From Vulcanimicrobiota bacterium (GTDB lineage: Bacteria; Vulcanimicrobiota; Vulcanimicrobiia; Vulcanimicrobiales; Vulcanimicrobiaceae), in assembly GCA_963820825.1 (NCBI GenBank), contig CAWGBN010000006.1, positions 640,001 through 704,000 on the forward strand: 64,000 nt of DNA, read 5' to 3'. The notes beneath the pieces are model-generated. The model made no database searches. It was not told where the DNA came from and worked only from the letters and a program-made list of their open reading frames with translations. A program made the position numbers and the translations under genes. Below, in pieces: positions 1-9,676 of this stretch (position 1 is the stretch's first letter; the number at the start of each line of letters is the position of its first letter).

Positions 1-51
1 CGGCATTCGTAACTGAAGGAACCGCGGCTCGGACCGTAGAGAGCCTCTGCA

Positions 52-1554
52 ATGGAGTCGCTCTTCGACGGGCCCGGTTCGCTACGCGAACCGTCCGAAC
101 GCCTGTACTTCTGGCTGACCGCGTTCTTCGCGCTCCCGGCGGCATTGGCGATCGGATACGTGCTGCACGAATCGATCGGCGCTTCACAAGTCGCGCTCTT
201 TATCGTCATCGCGATGGTCTACGTGACGCTGGCACGGGGCCGGCTCTTGGGCTCGAGCGTCCGCGTGCACCAGCGCCAGTATCCGCGCGTCTTCACCATC
301 GTGCGACAGACCTGCGCGGCGCTCGAGATCCCGATGCCGCTGATCTTCGTGCGCGAGGACAACTTCGTGCCGGTCGTGGCGCTGGGATTCGGCGAGCCAT
401 ACGCCCTCGTGCTATCGAGCCACTGGATCGAGCTCTTTGCCGACGACGAGCTCGCCTTCATGGTCGGGCGCGAACTCGGGCATATCGCCGCAGGGCACAC
501 GCGATTTCACTCGCTGCTCAGCGTGAACGGCAACGAGAACCCGATCGTCTCGATGATCTTCGGCGCGTGGCTGCGGCGCTGCGCGCTCACCTGCGACAAA
601 GTCGGACTTCTTTGCTGTGGCTCGCTCGATGCGGCGATCCGCGCGATGGGCATCGCCGCATTTCACGAGTTCGGGCGCAAAGTCGACTACGGTGCCTTCG
701 CCGAACAGCAGGTCGAGGTTGAGAACGATTCGATTTTGCGTTGGGGCGAATGGCTGAGCGCCGAGCCGTACGCGACGCAACGGATTGCGTCGTTGCAGCG
801 TTTCATGTCGACCCAGCAGTACGCGAACGCCGAGGCGTGGTTCTTGCGCGAGCGCAGCGAAGAACCGCCGGCGATCGCGGCACCGGGCGAGAAGCAGGTC
901 GTGTTGCGCGATTGCGCCGGGTGGTGGCGCCGCTGCGCTGCCTGGGGCATCGACGCGATCGTCGTCACCGCAATCATCACGTCGTTCGGCGGCCAAGTCA
1001 TCGGGCATAACGGCGAGCGCGAGAACGGCGTCTCGGTCACGCCGGGGCGCGTCCACGTCGCGGCACCGGGGTTAGGAAACATCTCAATCCAGGGTAAGAA
1101 GCAAGGGCCGCCGCCGAGCGCTCCGCCTTCGCCTCCACCGGCGCCGGCACCGGAGGTAACTTTTGGCCCACTCGCATTTACCAATCAGGGTCTCGCGCTG
1201 CGGGTCTACGACGAAGACGTTCCGCTCTCCGTCGATTCGATTGCCGCCGCGATCGGCGAGACCGTCAACAGACTCGGCTTCGCTTTTTGGTTTCCCGTCT
1301 ATCTCGCCGCGCTCGTCATCATTGCCGGGCAGACGTTCGGAATGATGATCGCCGGCCTGCGCGTCGTCACCACGGATTTCAGCAAGCCGAGCATCGCGCG
1401 CACGATCTTCCGCTACGTCATCGTCTTCGCGCTCTGGTGGTTGATCGTTCCGTTGAGCCTGATCTGGCGCCGCATTCTTCTGCACGACCGCTGGACCAAG
1501 ACGCGCCTGGTCAAGGTCGAGCGCGTCGTTGCCCGCATCACCGGAACCGCATAG
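52..1554 (+). CDS. M48 (HtpX/Ste24)-like peptidase domain fused to C-terminal RDD domain; zinc motif degenerate
   Basis: N-terminal TM helices, ELAFMVGRELGHIAAGH motif, WRRCAAWGIDAI and GQTFGMMIAGLRVV...LHDRWTKTRLV RDD motifs. Confidence 0.8.
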   Translation: MESLFDGPGSLREPSERLYFWLTAFFALPAALAIGYVLHESIGASQVALFIVIAMVYVTLARGRLLGSSVRVHQRQYPRVFTIVRQTCAALEIPMPLIFVREDNFVPVVALGFGEPYALVLSSHWIELFADDELAFMVGRELGHIAAGHTRFHSLLSVNGNENPIVSMIFGAWLRRCALTCDKVGLLCCGSLDAAIRAMGIAAFHEFGRKVDYGAFAEQQVEVENDSILRWGEWLSAEPYATQRIASLQRFMSTQQYANAEAWFLRERSEEPPAIAAPGEKQVVLRDCAGWWRRCAAWGIDAIVVTAIITSFGGQVIGHNGERENGVSVTPGRVHVAAPGLGNISIQGKKQGPPPSAPPSPPPAPAPEVTFGPLAFTNQGLALRVYDEDVPLSVDSIAAAIGETVNRLGFAFWFPVYLAALVIIAGQTFGMMIAGLRVVTTDFSKPSIARTIFRYVIVFALWWLIVPLSLIWRRILLHDRWTKTRLVKVERVVARITGTA

Positions 1555-1565
1555 GAGCTGCATAA

Positions 1566-2024
1566 ATGAAGGTAACCGTAACCGCGCTGCTTCTCGCTGC
1601 GTTCGTCGCCGCACCGGCGCGCGCGAGCGATCCGCTCGCCTCGCTGCACTTCCTCGTCGGAACGTGGAACTGCACGTACAACGCGGGCAAGGTGCACGCC
1701 AACTACAAAGCGATCTTCTCCTACGACATGAGCGGCAATTGGCTTAAGGAGAGCGATTCGTGGGCGGGAGGCGGCGGCGACCTGGGAATGTTTACGTACG
1801 AGAAGGGAGGCTGGACCGCCGTCGTGCTCGAGCGCGAGCGCACTACGGCCGTCTTTCACGCCTCGGGGAGCGATTCGAATCACGTCGTCTATCGCAGTAT
1901 CTACCCGCATGCCGGGATGACCGATATCTTCGATCGCGTCTCGGCGACGCGCTTTACCCTGCATTTCAAACAGACCGCGGGCGGAAAGACGACGTCGTCG
2001 AACGACACCTGCGTAAAGACCTAG
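1566..2024 (+). CDS. Secreted hypothetical protein
   Basis: Signal peptide MKVTVTALLLAAFVAAPARA; LHFLVGTWNC; operon spacing. Confidence 0.7.
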   Translation: MKVTVTALLLAAFVAAPARASDPLASLHFLVGTWNCTYNAGKVHANYKAIFSYDMSGNWLKESDSWAGGGGDLGMFTYEKGGWTAVVLERERTTAVFHASGSDSNHVVYRSIYPHAGMTDIFDRVSATRFTLHFKQTAGGKTTSSNDTCVKT

Positions 2025-2636
2025 GTGTGCGGTCGGTTTACGCTCACCCAGCCGGCGGCTCTCGCCGCAGCCTTTCCGCGATTTCGGTTTCCGGAGTTCA
2101 GCGAAACGCGGCTCCCGCGCTATAACATCGCGCCGGCACAAGCGGTCCTCGGCGTTCGCAACGACGGGCGCGATCTCATCGAAGAGCTGCGCTGGGGAAT
2201 CCACGGCCGAATCAACGTTCGGGCCGAGTCGATCGCGGCGCGGCACGCGCCGATCCGGCGGCGCTGCATCGAGTTCGCCGACGGCTTTTACGAGTGGTCG
2301 AATCGCCGGCCGTTCTATTACACGCTCAGATCGGGCCGGCCGTTTGCCTTTGCCGGCCTATGGGAACCGCTCGATGGGAGCGCCGCATGCGACGTCGCGA
2401 CCTGCGAGCCCAACGCAATCGTCGCACCGGTTCACGACCGTATGCCGGTAATTCTATCCGATTCCAATCTCGATTTGTGGCTCGATCCGCAGCCGCTACC
2501 GCCGGAAGTCGCGGCTTCGATCTTACGTCCGCTCGATGCGGCGTTGATGGACGTGCGCGAGGTCTCGATGCGGGTAAATAACGCGAACTACGATGCGGCC
2601 GACGCGCTCGCGCCGGCCGATCCGCGCTTGCTCTGA
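2025..2636 (+). CDS. SOS response-associated peptidase (SRAP/YedK/HMCES family)
   Basis: N-terminal MCGRF, PRYNIAP, GFYEW, FAGLW, VHDRMPVIL. Confidence 0.92.
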   Translation: MCGRFTLTQPAALAAAFPRFRFPEFSETRLPRYNIAPAQAVLGVRNDGRDLIEELRWGIHGRINVRAESIAARHAPIRRRCIEFADGFYEWSNRRPFYYTLRSGRPFAFAGLWEPLDGSAACDVATCEPNAIVAPVHDRMPVILSDSNLDLWLDPQPLPPEVAASILRPLDAALMDVREVSMRVNNANYDAADALAPADPRLL

Positions 2637-3289
2637 GCGATCAATACGACGCCCGTCGCCACGAGCCAAATCGCCGCCGGGATCGCTCCGAATAGTCCGG
2701 GGCCGGGTTGGCCGGGCGCCATGAAGAGATCGTTTGCAAAGATCGAGAGCGACGCAATCGCCGTTCCCAACGAGGCGAGGTAGCCGAGCCATGCGAGCCA
2801 GTTTGGCGCGCGGTTGTGCCGGCGCATGCTGTGAGCGGCCGCGAAGAGGAAGATCGAAACCGGTGCGTAGCCGAGGCCGCCTTGCGTAAAGATGAACGCG
2901 TCGTAGATGCTCATGAGCCCGCGCGCCTTGAAGATATCCGGCACCGCATAGAGTGCCGCCGTCAATAACGACGCCGCCCATAGCGACGTCGCAACCATGA
3001 CGACGCCGGCAACGAGCGCGAACGTCGGCAGCCCCTCCTGGCGTCCGGGCGCATTGCTCAGATAGGTACGCAACCCGACGAGGAACCAAAGGAAGAACGC
3101 CGCCGCGGGAAACGTGAGCCAGGCTCCCAAGAGCAGCCCGAACCGGTGCGAATCGATCGCGAGCGCGGCATCGATCGGGCGCGCTCCGACCGACGGCATC
3201 CCGTTGTCGAGAAATGTTGCGATCGCGAGGACCGCGACGTAACAGAGGGCCGACCAGCCGGCCGAGCGTTCTGCCGAGACGTTTTCCAT
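2588..3289 (-). CDS. Multi-pass membrane protein, unknown function
   Basis: About six hydrophobic segments; 49-bp convergent overlap with SRAP. Confidence 0.7.
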   Translation of the reverse strand: MENVSAERSAGWSALCYVAVLAIATFLDNGMPSVGARPIDAALAIDSHRFGLLLGAWLTFPAAAFFLWFLVGLRTYLSNAPGRQEGLPTFALVAGVVMVATSLWAASLLTAALYAVPDIFKARGLMSIYDAFIFTQGGLGYAPVSIFLFAAAHSMRRHNRAPNWLAWLGYLASLGTAIASLSIFANDLFMAPGQPGPGLFGAIPAAIWLVATGVVLIAQSKRGSAGASASAAS

Positions 3290-3334
3290 GGCGTTTACGT
3301 CATACTCGGCCGGAAGCGATTCCTTCCTTGGCCG

Positions 3335-4873
3335 CTAGAGTCCGTAGTATTTGAAGGCGGGCCACATCACGGCCAGCGGAACGCGCGGGCGCGTGCAGAG
3401 ATAGATCGGTAGCGGTCCCTCGAGCATCCATCGGTAATCGTTGCGGTAGACCGCGATCTGGCGGACGCTGCCGAACCATTGGAGCAAGAGGTGATAATCG
3501 GTTGCGCCGACGGCTAAGACCGAGGCGCCGCTGTAGCCTCGCGTGCCCCACAAATAGTACGAGTTATTCGGGCTAATCACGGTCGGTAAGCCGTAGCGCG
3601 GTCCGTAGTAATCGAGCGCTCCGGCGTAGGCGTAGCGATCGGCGAAGACCGCGGTGACTCTGCGTTGCGCCGGCGGCAGCGACCAATACGCGCCCGCTAC
3701 CATCGCGCTCATCGTCTTCCAACCGAGTTGATCGGCGAACATCGGATTGATGAGATGGTAGGCGCCGTCGGGTGGTGCGGGCCGGCTCAGGCCGATAGCG
3801 CGTTCGTAGGCCATGTATGCCGGAAGCGACAGCACCGGCAGCGAGAGCGGAAACATCGGCAGCCCGGCGATGGCGATTGCCGCCGTCAGCGCGATCTTCG
3901 GTGCGAGCCGCTTGGCCGACAAGGCGCGCTCGATTGCGACGGCGCCGGCCGCGAAGAGCGCGGGATAGCAGCCTTGGATGTAATACCCGCGACCGATCGT
4001 AAGAACGAGCACGCCGAGCAGTATGAGATAGGCGACGGTAATGAAGCGATACTCGCGCTCACGCCAGAACCACACCAAGCCCCAGATCCAGACCGGCGAG
4101 AAGACCGGATTCTGATAGGCGAACTGCAGGCCGAACATGTAGAGCGCGTTCTTCCAACGATTCGACGATTCGTCGGCCATGCCGTTGGCGAGCGCGTGCC
4201 GGTTGAGTTGATCGTTATGCAGCACTTCGAGCATCGGCAGACCGTGGGCGATCTGCCAGATGACGTTGGGAAGGACGAGCAAAACGGCGAGCGCAACGCC
4301 GTACGCGAGCCAAGAGGATCGCAAAAGCCTCGCGTGACCGGCTATCAGCAAGCCGATCGCCAGCGCGAGCGCACAGCCCGCGATCGAGTACTTTGCATAG
4401 AACGCGAGCGTTACGACCAAAGCGATCGAGATGTAGAGGCGCCGGTCTTGCGTCTTGACCAGGCGGATGGTCAAGTAGATCAATGCGGTCCAGGAGGCCG
4501 GAGAGAGGAACTCCGTCGAGAGGCCGTACGCGATTCCGATCAAACCCGGGTCGAGCACGATCAGCAAGCCGGTCAAGAACTGCGCGAAGGCGCGGCCGCC
4601 GAGCTCGCGTGCGATCGCGCAGCCGAAGAGCACGGTGACGCCGGCGAGCACCGCGGGGACGAAGCGCAGCCCCCAGACCGGATAGCCGAGTGGGCCAGTC
4701 AGCCAAGTGACGATCGGTGCGAGCGGCGGCTGATCGACGTATCCCCAAGCGAGATGCTTCGCGCAATCGATGAAGTAGAGCTCGTCGCGGTAGTATCCGA
4801 ACCGGTGAGCAAAGGCGAGGTGAAGAGCTACCGTCGCAAGCGCGAAGAGGTACGCGCTTGGATGGAGCTTCAT
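3335..4873 (-). CDS. GT39/PMT-like membrane glycosyltransferase
   Basis: GYYRDELYF, LAWGYVDQPPL, many TM helices. Confidence 0.88.
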   Translation of the reverse strand: MKLHPSAYLFALATVALHLAFAHRFGYYRDELYFIDCAKHLAWGYVDQPPLAPIVTWLTGPLGYPVWGLRFVPAVLAGVTVLFGCAIARELGGRAFAQFLTGLLIVLDPGLIGIAYGLSTEFLSPASWTALIYLTIRLVKTQDRRLYISIALVVTLAFYAKYSIAGCALALAIGLLIAGHARLLRSSWLAYGVALAVLLVLPNVIWQIAHGLPMLEVLHNDQLNRHALANGMADESSNRWKNALYMFGLQFAYQNPVFSPVWIWGLVWFWREREYRFITVAYLILLGVLVLTIGRGYYIQGCYPALFAAGAVAIERALSAKRLAPKIALTAAIAIAGLPMFPLSLPVLSLPAYMAYERAIGLSRPAPPDGAYHLINPMFADQLGWKTMSAMVAGAYWSLPPAQRRVTAVFADRYAYAGALDYYGPRYGLPTVISPNNSYYLWGTRGYSGASVLAVGATDYHLLLQWFGSVRQIAVYRNDYRWMLEGPLPIYLCTRPRVPLAVMWPAFKYYGL

Positions 4874-5985
4874 ACTGCGCTAGACTGCGACCCCGCGAGC
4901 AAGAGCTGGCTGACGCAGAGACCGACGATGCCTGCCACGGCAATCGATCCAAAGACGAAGCTGGCGTCCCACCACGTTCCTCCTAACAACGGAACCGCGA
5001 AGGCAAAATAGGCCGCGAAGTAGACCGCCGGCACGGCGAAGCCCAGAAGCCGGTAGGCGTTGGCGTTGCGCGCCGACGGATGCAGCTTTGCGACGATGAC
5101 GTCGCCGGCGAATCCAGCCGCGACCGAGGCGAGAACCACGAGCAGCAGCTCCACGAGATCGGTTGAGAGTTCGCCGCCGATCCAGAGCTTGACGGCGACG
5201 CTGATGACGATGAGTGCGCCGAAATGAAGGCGTTTGCGAAGGCAGAGATAGAGCGTGGCGGCGGCGAGCAGAAGGCTCTGCCAGACGACGATCGAGATCT
5301 CGAGGGCTTGCCGATAAAAGAGGAAGACGGAGAGCACGAACTGCTCGCGCGAGTAGGCCGTCTGGGAGAGCGGATGATCGCGCATCAGCGCTTCGGGATA
5401 GAAACCGTATTGGGTGACGAATTGAATGATCTCGAATGCGAGGCCGAGCGAGATCAGCATCGGAAGCTGTTCGACCAAACGCGAGGCGTTGGGCCGCTGC
5501 AGCGCGCTGCGTACCGGTCCGGTAATGAGGAAGAATAGGCCGGTCAACAAGAAGAGGTGCGGCGGACTCATCAGCAGATCGAGCTGATGCTCGAAACCGA
5601 AGACCGCGTGCCAGACCATATCGAGCGCGCCGCCGAGCAGCAATCCGGCGACGCCGAAGACGCTCTGTAGGTAACCGTCGGGAATCGCCTTCCGGAACGA
5701 GGAGGCACCGCTCTTATAGTTGCGCCAAATGGTGACTCCGAGGACCGCGGCCGCGAAGACGGCGCCGCTGTACATCGTCGCGTGCCACGGATTGAGAAAG
5801 GACTCGACCGCCAAGAAGAGATGCTGGTGGGCGTCGATAAATAGCCCCGTCATGATCCAGAGGCCCGATAGGGTTATTAACCAATCGAGGCGGCTCGGCG
5901 CGCCGGAGCGCCCCAATGCCAACTCGAGCCGGGGGAGCGGAGCCTGCGCTTCCGTCCGGGGCGACAGCAAATCCACGAGGTTCAT
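4870..5985 (-). CDS. Multi-pass membrane protein with two D-x3-H...PxH motifs
   Basis: Start reassigned to MNLVDLL (CAT 5983-5985); 4-bp overlap with the GT39 gene. Confidence 0.75.
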   Translation of the reverse strand: MNLVDLLSPRTEAQAPLPRLELALGRSGAPSRLDWLITLSGLWIMTGLFIDAHQHLFLAVESFLNPWHATMYSGAVFAAAVLGVTIWRNYKSGASSFRKAIPDGYLQSVFGVAGLLLGGALDMVWHAVFGFEHQLDLLMSPPHLFLLTGLFFLITGPVRSALQRPNASRLVEQLPMLISLGLAFEIIQFVTQYGFYPEALMRDHPLSQTAYSREQFVLSVFLFYRQALEISIVVWQSLLLAAATLYLCLRKRLHFGALIVISVAVKLWIGGELSTDLVELLLVVLASVAAGFAGDVIVAKLHPSARNANAYRLLGFAVPAVYFAAYFAFAVPLLGGTWWDASFVFGSIAVAGIVGLCVSQLLLAGSQSSAV

Positions 5986-6457
5986 GTATCGGCGCTCATC
6001 CTGCGACTCGCCTAGAAACCCTCTTCGCAGCTTCCTTTGGGCTCTGCCGGCGGGGGCGTGTGCCCTGTTGCTTGCTAGTTGTTCGCCCAAACCGGTAGCG
6101 GTTCCGCTGAATCTCACCGTATCGGAGAAGCAACCGCAAGTATGGCCATCGCCGCCGGTAGCGGCCCCAAACGCGCCGCCGCATATCGTGCGCATCTGGT
6201 TCTCGACGTTGAAGATCGAACCGGGCTCGTGGTTCGATGGAAAGATCCTCGTGAGCACCAACGTCGCGTCGGTTGAAGTGCGTACCGCCGCGTTCTCGAT
6301 CAACAGCGAGCACATCGCTCCGGGCGTCTACCGCTTTCACACGCACGTGCTCGAGCTGCCGCCGCTCTCGCGTCGCCATTGGTACGAGCTGTACATCATT
6401 GCGCGCAACACTCCCGGCGCGCAAGAGATCGAAGAGGCGCCGCTTCGAGTCGAATGA
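5984..6457 (+). CDS. Putative lipoprotein (start uncertain)
   Basis: Lipobox-like LLLASC; ATGA overlap with downstream deacetylase. Confidence 0.6.
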   Translation: MYRRSSCDSPRNPLRSFLWALPAGACALLLASCSPKPVAVPLNLTVSEKQPQVWPSPPVAAPNAPPHIVRIWFSTLKIEPGSWFDGKILVSTNVASVEVRTAAFSINSEHIAPGVYRFHTHVLELPPLSRRHWYELYIIARNTPGAQEIEEAPLRVE

Positions 6458-7185
6458 AGGCACTTCTCGGCGTCTTGCTCGCCCTTCCGGCCGTCGTGAT
6501 GTACCACCGGGTCGACGTCGCGGCGCCGGTCGACCGGGTCTCGCAGAAGCTGACGGTTTCGCCGGCGCAGTTTGCCGGCGAGCTGCGCGAGTTGCGGCGG
6601 ATGGGTCTGCACACGATCGGCATCGCCGATCTCGCGCGCGACATGGCATTGCACCGAACGCCCGATCATGCCGTCTTGCTGACCTTCGACGACGGGTACA
6701 GCGATCAGTTTCGTTATGCGTTCCCGATCCTGCGAGAGTTCGGCGATCGCGCGACCTTCTTCGTTAACGTCGGATCGATCGATACGCCGCGCCACTTGAG
6801 CTGGCACGACGTCGACGCGATGGCTCGAGCCGGAATGTCGATCGAGTGCCACGGCGTCAGCCACGCCGATCTCGCTTCGCTCAGCTATACCGCGCAGGAC
6901 TATCAGATCGATCGCTGCATCCGCACGCTGAGCAGCCGATTGGGGGCCGCGGTGCAGGCTTATGCCTATCCGAGCGGAGCCTTCGATGCGCGAACGATCG
7001 AGCTCGCGCGGCGCGCCGGTCTGCTCTTGGGTTTCACCACCGACCCGCGGCTTCAACGAGATCCGCTCTCGCCGTACGAGATTGCCCGTATCAGGGTCAT
7101 CAATGGGATGACCGATGAGTTCTTCGACCTGCTGCTCGAACGAGCGCGGGCGTACGTCGACGTCGAACCCGGTAAACTTCCGTAG
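6454..7185 (+). CDS. Polysaccharide deacetylase (CE4/NodB)
   Basis: MYHRV, LTFDDGY, HGVSH, AYPSG. Confidence 0.9.
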   Translation: MKALLGVLLALPAVVMYHRVDVAAPVDRVSQKLTVSPAQFAGELRELRRMGLHTIGIADLARDMALHRTPDHAVLLTFDDGYSDQFRYAFPILREFGDRATFFVNVGSIDTPRHLSWHDVDAMARAGMSIECHGVSHADLASLSYTAQDYQIDRCIRTLSSRLGAAVQAYAYPSGAFDARTIELARRAGLLLGFTTDPRLQRDPLSPYEIARIRVINGMTDEFFDLLLERARAYVDVEPGKLP

Positions 7186-7189
7186 CGCA

Positions 7190-7868
7190 ATGCGCATCTT
7201 GATTCTCGAGGACGACCCGCGTATCCATCAGCCGCTCGCTGAAGATCTCCGCCGGCAGCACCACGCGGTGGACGTCGTCGAAGACGGTTGGACCGGGCTC
7301 GACTTTGCGCTGACCGGCGTGCACGACGTCGTCTTGCTCGACATTCTGCTTCCGGGCCTCGACGGCTTGGAGATCTGCCGGCGCTTACGCTCGGCGAAGT
7401 CGACCGCCTTCGTTCTGATGATCACGTCGCGCGAAGACGTTCGCGACAAGGTCCGCGCGCTCGACTGGGGCGCCGACGACTATCTCGTCAAACCGTTCGA
7501 CCTGGCCGAACTCTCCGCTCGGAATTCGTGCGGTCTCGCGCCGGCAGCGCGAGGCGCCGGAGGCGGTGTTGCAACGCGGACCGCTTCGTCTCGATCCCAG
7601 CCGCCGCGCCGTAACCTGCGACGGTAGGCCGGTGCCGCTCACCGCGACCGAATTCATGATTCTCGCTACGCTCATGTACAATCCGCTCCAGGTTTTCAGC
7701 CGCGCAATGCTGCGCGAGAAGATCTCGACGTTCGACGAGAGCGAGCGCGATTCGGTCAAGACGCACATCACCAACCTGCGGCGCAAGCTCCGCAGTGCCG
7801 GCGGGATCGACGATCCGATCGAAAACGTCTACGGGATTGGATATCGGCTCGCAGACCTCGGTCAGTGA
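7190..7868 (+). pseudogene. OmpR-family response regulator with +1 frameshift near 7523 (possibly sequencing error)
   Basis: Receiver (LEDD, LLDILLPG, GADDYLVKPF) and wHTH (VKTHITNLRRKL, GIGYRL) lie in different frames; removing one A from CGGAATTCG restores ELSARIRAV. Confidence 0.85.
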
Positions 7869-9094
7869 TGAATCCGGCACCGAGGATCGAACGCCGCCTG
7901 CTCGTCTCGTATTTGCTGGCATTCGCGGCGCTCTTCGTGGCCGCCGCGGTTGCCGCGCACTTTGCTTTCGTCGCGATCATCGAGCATCAGCGGGCCGCGC
8001 GTCTGCAAGACGTCGCACGGGCGGGGATCCGCAGCGTGATCTTCGTTGGGAACGGTCTCGCGATCGACCAACGCGAGATCTCGAATGCGCAGCTGCTGAC
8101 GCCCGGCCAGGGCTTACAGTGGTTCGACCGGCACGGCCGCCTTCTGGCAGCGGAGGGCTTCACGCCGGCGCCAGGCGGCCGGCGCCGATTTCACAGCGTT
8201 ACGTTGCCGATCTTTAACCCGATCACGCAAGAGTACGTCGGCAGCGTAACGGCAGGGGAACTGAACGCGCAGGAGCGCGCGGCGGTCTGGTATCTCGACT
8301 TGGGGCTGCTCCTCAGCGCGATTCTCGCGTCGCTCGCGAGCGCGGCCGGGGCGCGCGCACTCGCGCGCCGCGCGGTCCAACCGGTCGAACGAAGCCTGCG
8401 GATTCTGCGCGAGTTCACCGACAATGCCGCGCACGAGCTGCGCGGGCCGCTGACCGTTATCGCGACGAGTGCGGATGCCGCGCTGCGCGACAAGCGAGAT
8501 CCCGCGCACGACCGGCAGCGCTTCGAGAGCATCGCCGACGGTGCGAGGCAGATGTCGCGATTGACCAGCGATCTGCTGATGCTCGCCGGTGCCGACCGAT
8601 CGCTCGAACGCGAGCTCTTCCGGGTCGACCTCGAAGCGATCCTCAAAAAGCTCGCGGAAGATTTTCGCGGCGCGTTCGAAGAGGCCGGCGTTGCGTTGGA
8701 GGTCAACCTGGCCGCTCCCGGAGCGCTCTACGGCAATCCGCACCAAATCGAGCGCGTGATTGCCAATCTGCTCGAGAACGCGCTGCGCTACACTCCGCGC
8801 GGAGGCAGCGTATCGATCGAGTTGCGCCGGCACGGGGCCGATCTGCAGGTGGTGGTGCGCGATTCCGGCGTCGGAATCGCCCCGGAGCATCTGAAACGGA
8901 TCTTCGAACGTTTCTGGCGGGCCGATCCCGTGCGTTCGCCGGAAGGCTCGGGGCTCGGGCTCCCCATCGCCCGTGCGCTGGCGCGCCGCCACGGCGGCGA
9001 GGTCACGGTCACGAGCCGGATGGGGCGCGGCAGCACCTTCGTCGCGTCGTTTCCGCTGCGTCCTCCGGCGACACGAATTCGCAGCCTGACTTGA
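7865..9094 (+). CDS. Sensor histidine kinase
   Basis: AAHELRGPL H-box, NLLENALRY, DSGVGI, GSGLGL. Confidence 0.93.
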   Translation: MMNPAPRIERRLLVSYLLAFAALFVAAAVAAHFAFVAIIEHQRAARLQDVARAGIRSVIFVGNGLAIDQREISNAQLLTPGQGLQWFDRHGRLLAAEGFTPAPGGRRRFHSVTLPIFNPITQEYVGSVTAGELNAQERAAVWYLDLGLLLSAILASLASAAGARALARRAVQPVERSLRILREFTDNAAHELRGPLTVIATSADAALRDKRDPAHDRQRFESIADGARQMSRLTSDLLMLAGADRSLERELFRVDLEAILKKLAEDFRGAFEEAGVALEVNLAAPGALYGNPHQIERVIANLLENALRYTPRGGSVSIELRRHGADLQVVVRDSGVGIAPEHLKRIFERFWRADPVRSPEGSGLGLPIARALARRHGGEVTVTSRMGRGSTFVASFPLRPPATRIRSLT

Positions 9095-9111
9095 CGATTT
9101 CTTGACGATTT
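9091..9111 (+). promoter_or_regulatory. Direct repeat TTGACGATTT-C-TTGACGATTT, candidate OmpR-type binding site
   Basis: Exact 10-mer repeat with 11-bp period, between the kinase stop and the DUF1059 start. Confidence 0.45.
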
Positions 9112-9131
9112 TCGATTACTATTGGGGCCTC

Positions 9132-9377
9132 GTGTCCTCGACATTTGGTTCGTACAAGTATTTTGATTGCCGCGAATTCGATCCTCATGGCGGATGCTCG
9201 TTTCGCACCGCCGGGACGGAGGCTGAGGTCCTCGAGGCGGCAGTCCGGCACGCCGTATCGGCGCACGGCTATCGGGGTTGGCAGGAGCTTCGCCTCGTCC
9301 TACGCGCTGCACTCCGAGACGATTCCGGTACACCGTCCTACGCCTCCGTGGCGAGCCGGTACGAGAGCCTGGTCTAA
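9132..9377 (+). CDS. DUF1059-like small metal-binding protein
   Basis: FDCRE...GCSF...EVLEAAVRHAVSAHG; GTG start assumed. Confidence 0.7.
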   Translation: MSSTFGSYKYFDCREFDPHGGCSFRTAGTEAEVLEAAVRHAVSAHGYRGWQELRLVLRAALRDDSGTPSYASVASRYESLV

Positions 9378-9409
9378 CTAAGCCCAGCCCTCTCGCAGTC
9401 TTCCAACGC

Positions 9410-9450
9410 GCGGGTGTGCCGTCCGGATACGGCGCACCCGCTTCGTTTCT
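9410..9450 (+). terminator. Intrinsic terminator-like hairpin
   Basis: 13-bp stem GCGGGTGTGCCGT/ACGGCGCACCCGC (one G-U pair), then TTCGTTTCT. Confidence 0.55.
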
Positions 9451-9676
9451 AAGCGAATGCGGCCGAGGTTGCCACGGCGCTCGAACAGTTTCCCCCAGAC
9501 ACTGCCACCTCGCCACGCTCGGCATCCCCGACCGCATATCCAACCTAGCGCCAACGCATGAAGAAATCATGAAAGGGCGGCCCCCCAGGGCGGCGGTCGC
9601 TTGCAGTTAAATTTGTGAGGTCCGGCGAACCGTGTAAGCTTCCTACGATCCAAATTTTCCAAGGGCAAGGGAAGTC

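Noticed and set aside
7515..7530. Programmed frameshift in the response regulator
   Set aside because: No slippery heptamer; similar +1 insertions elsewhere in the window point to sequencing error
9380..9600. Riboswitch or group II intron end in the structured intergenic region
   Set aside because: Only a terminator-like hairpin is supportable; no family consensus recognised
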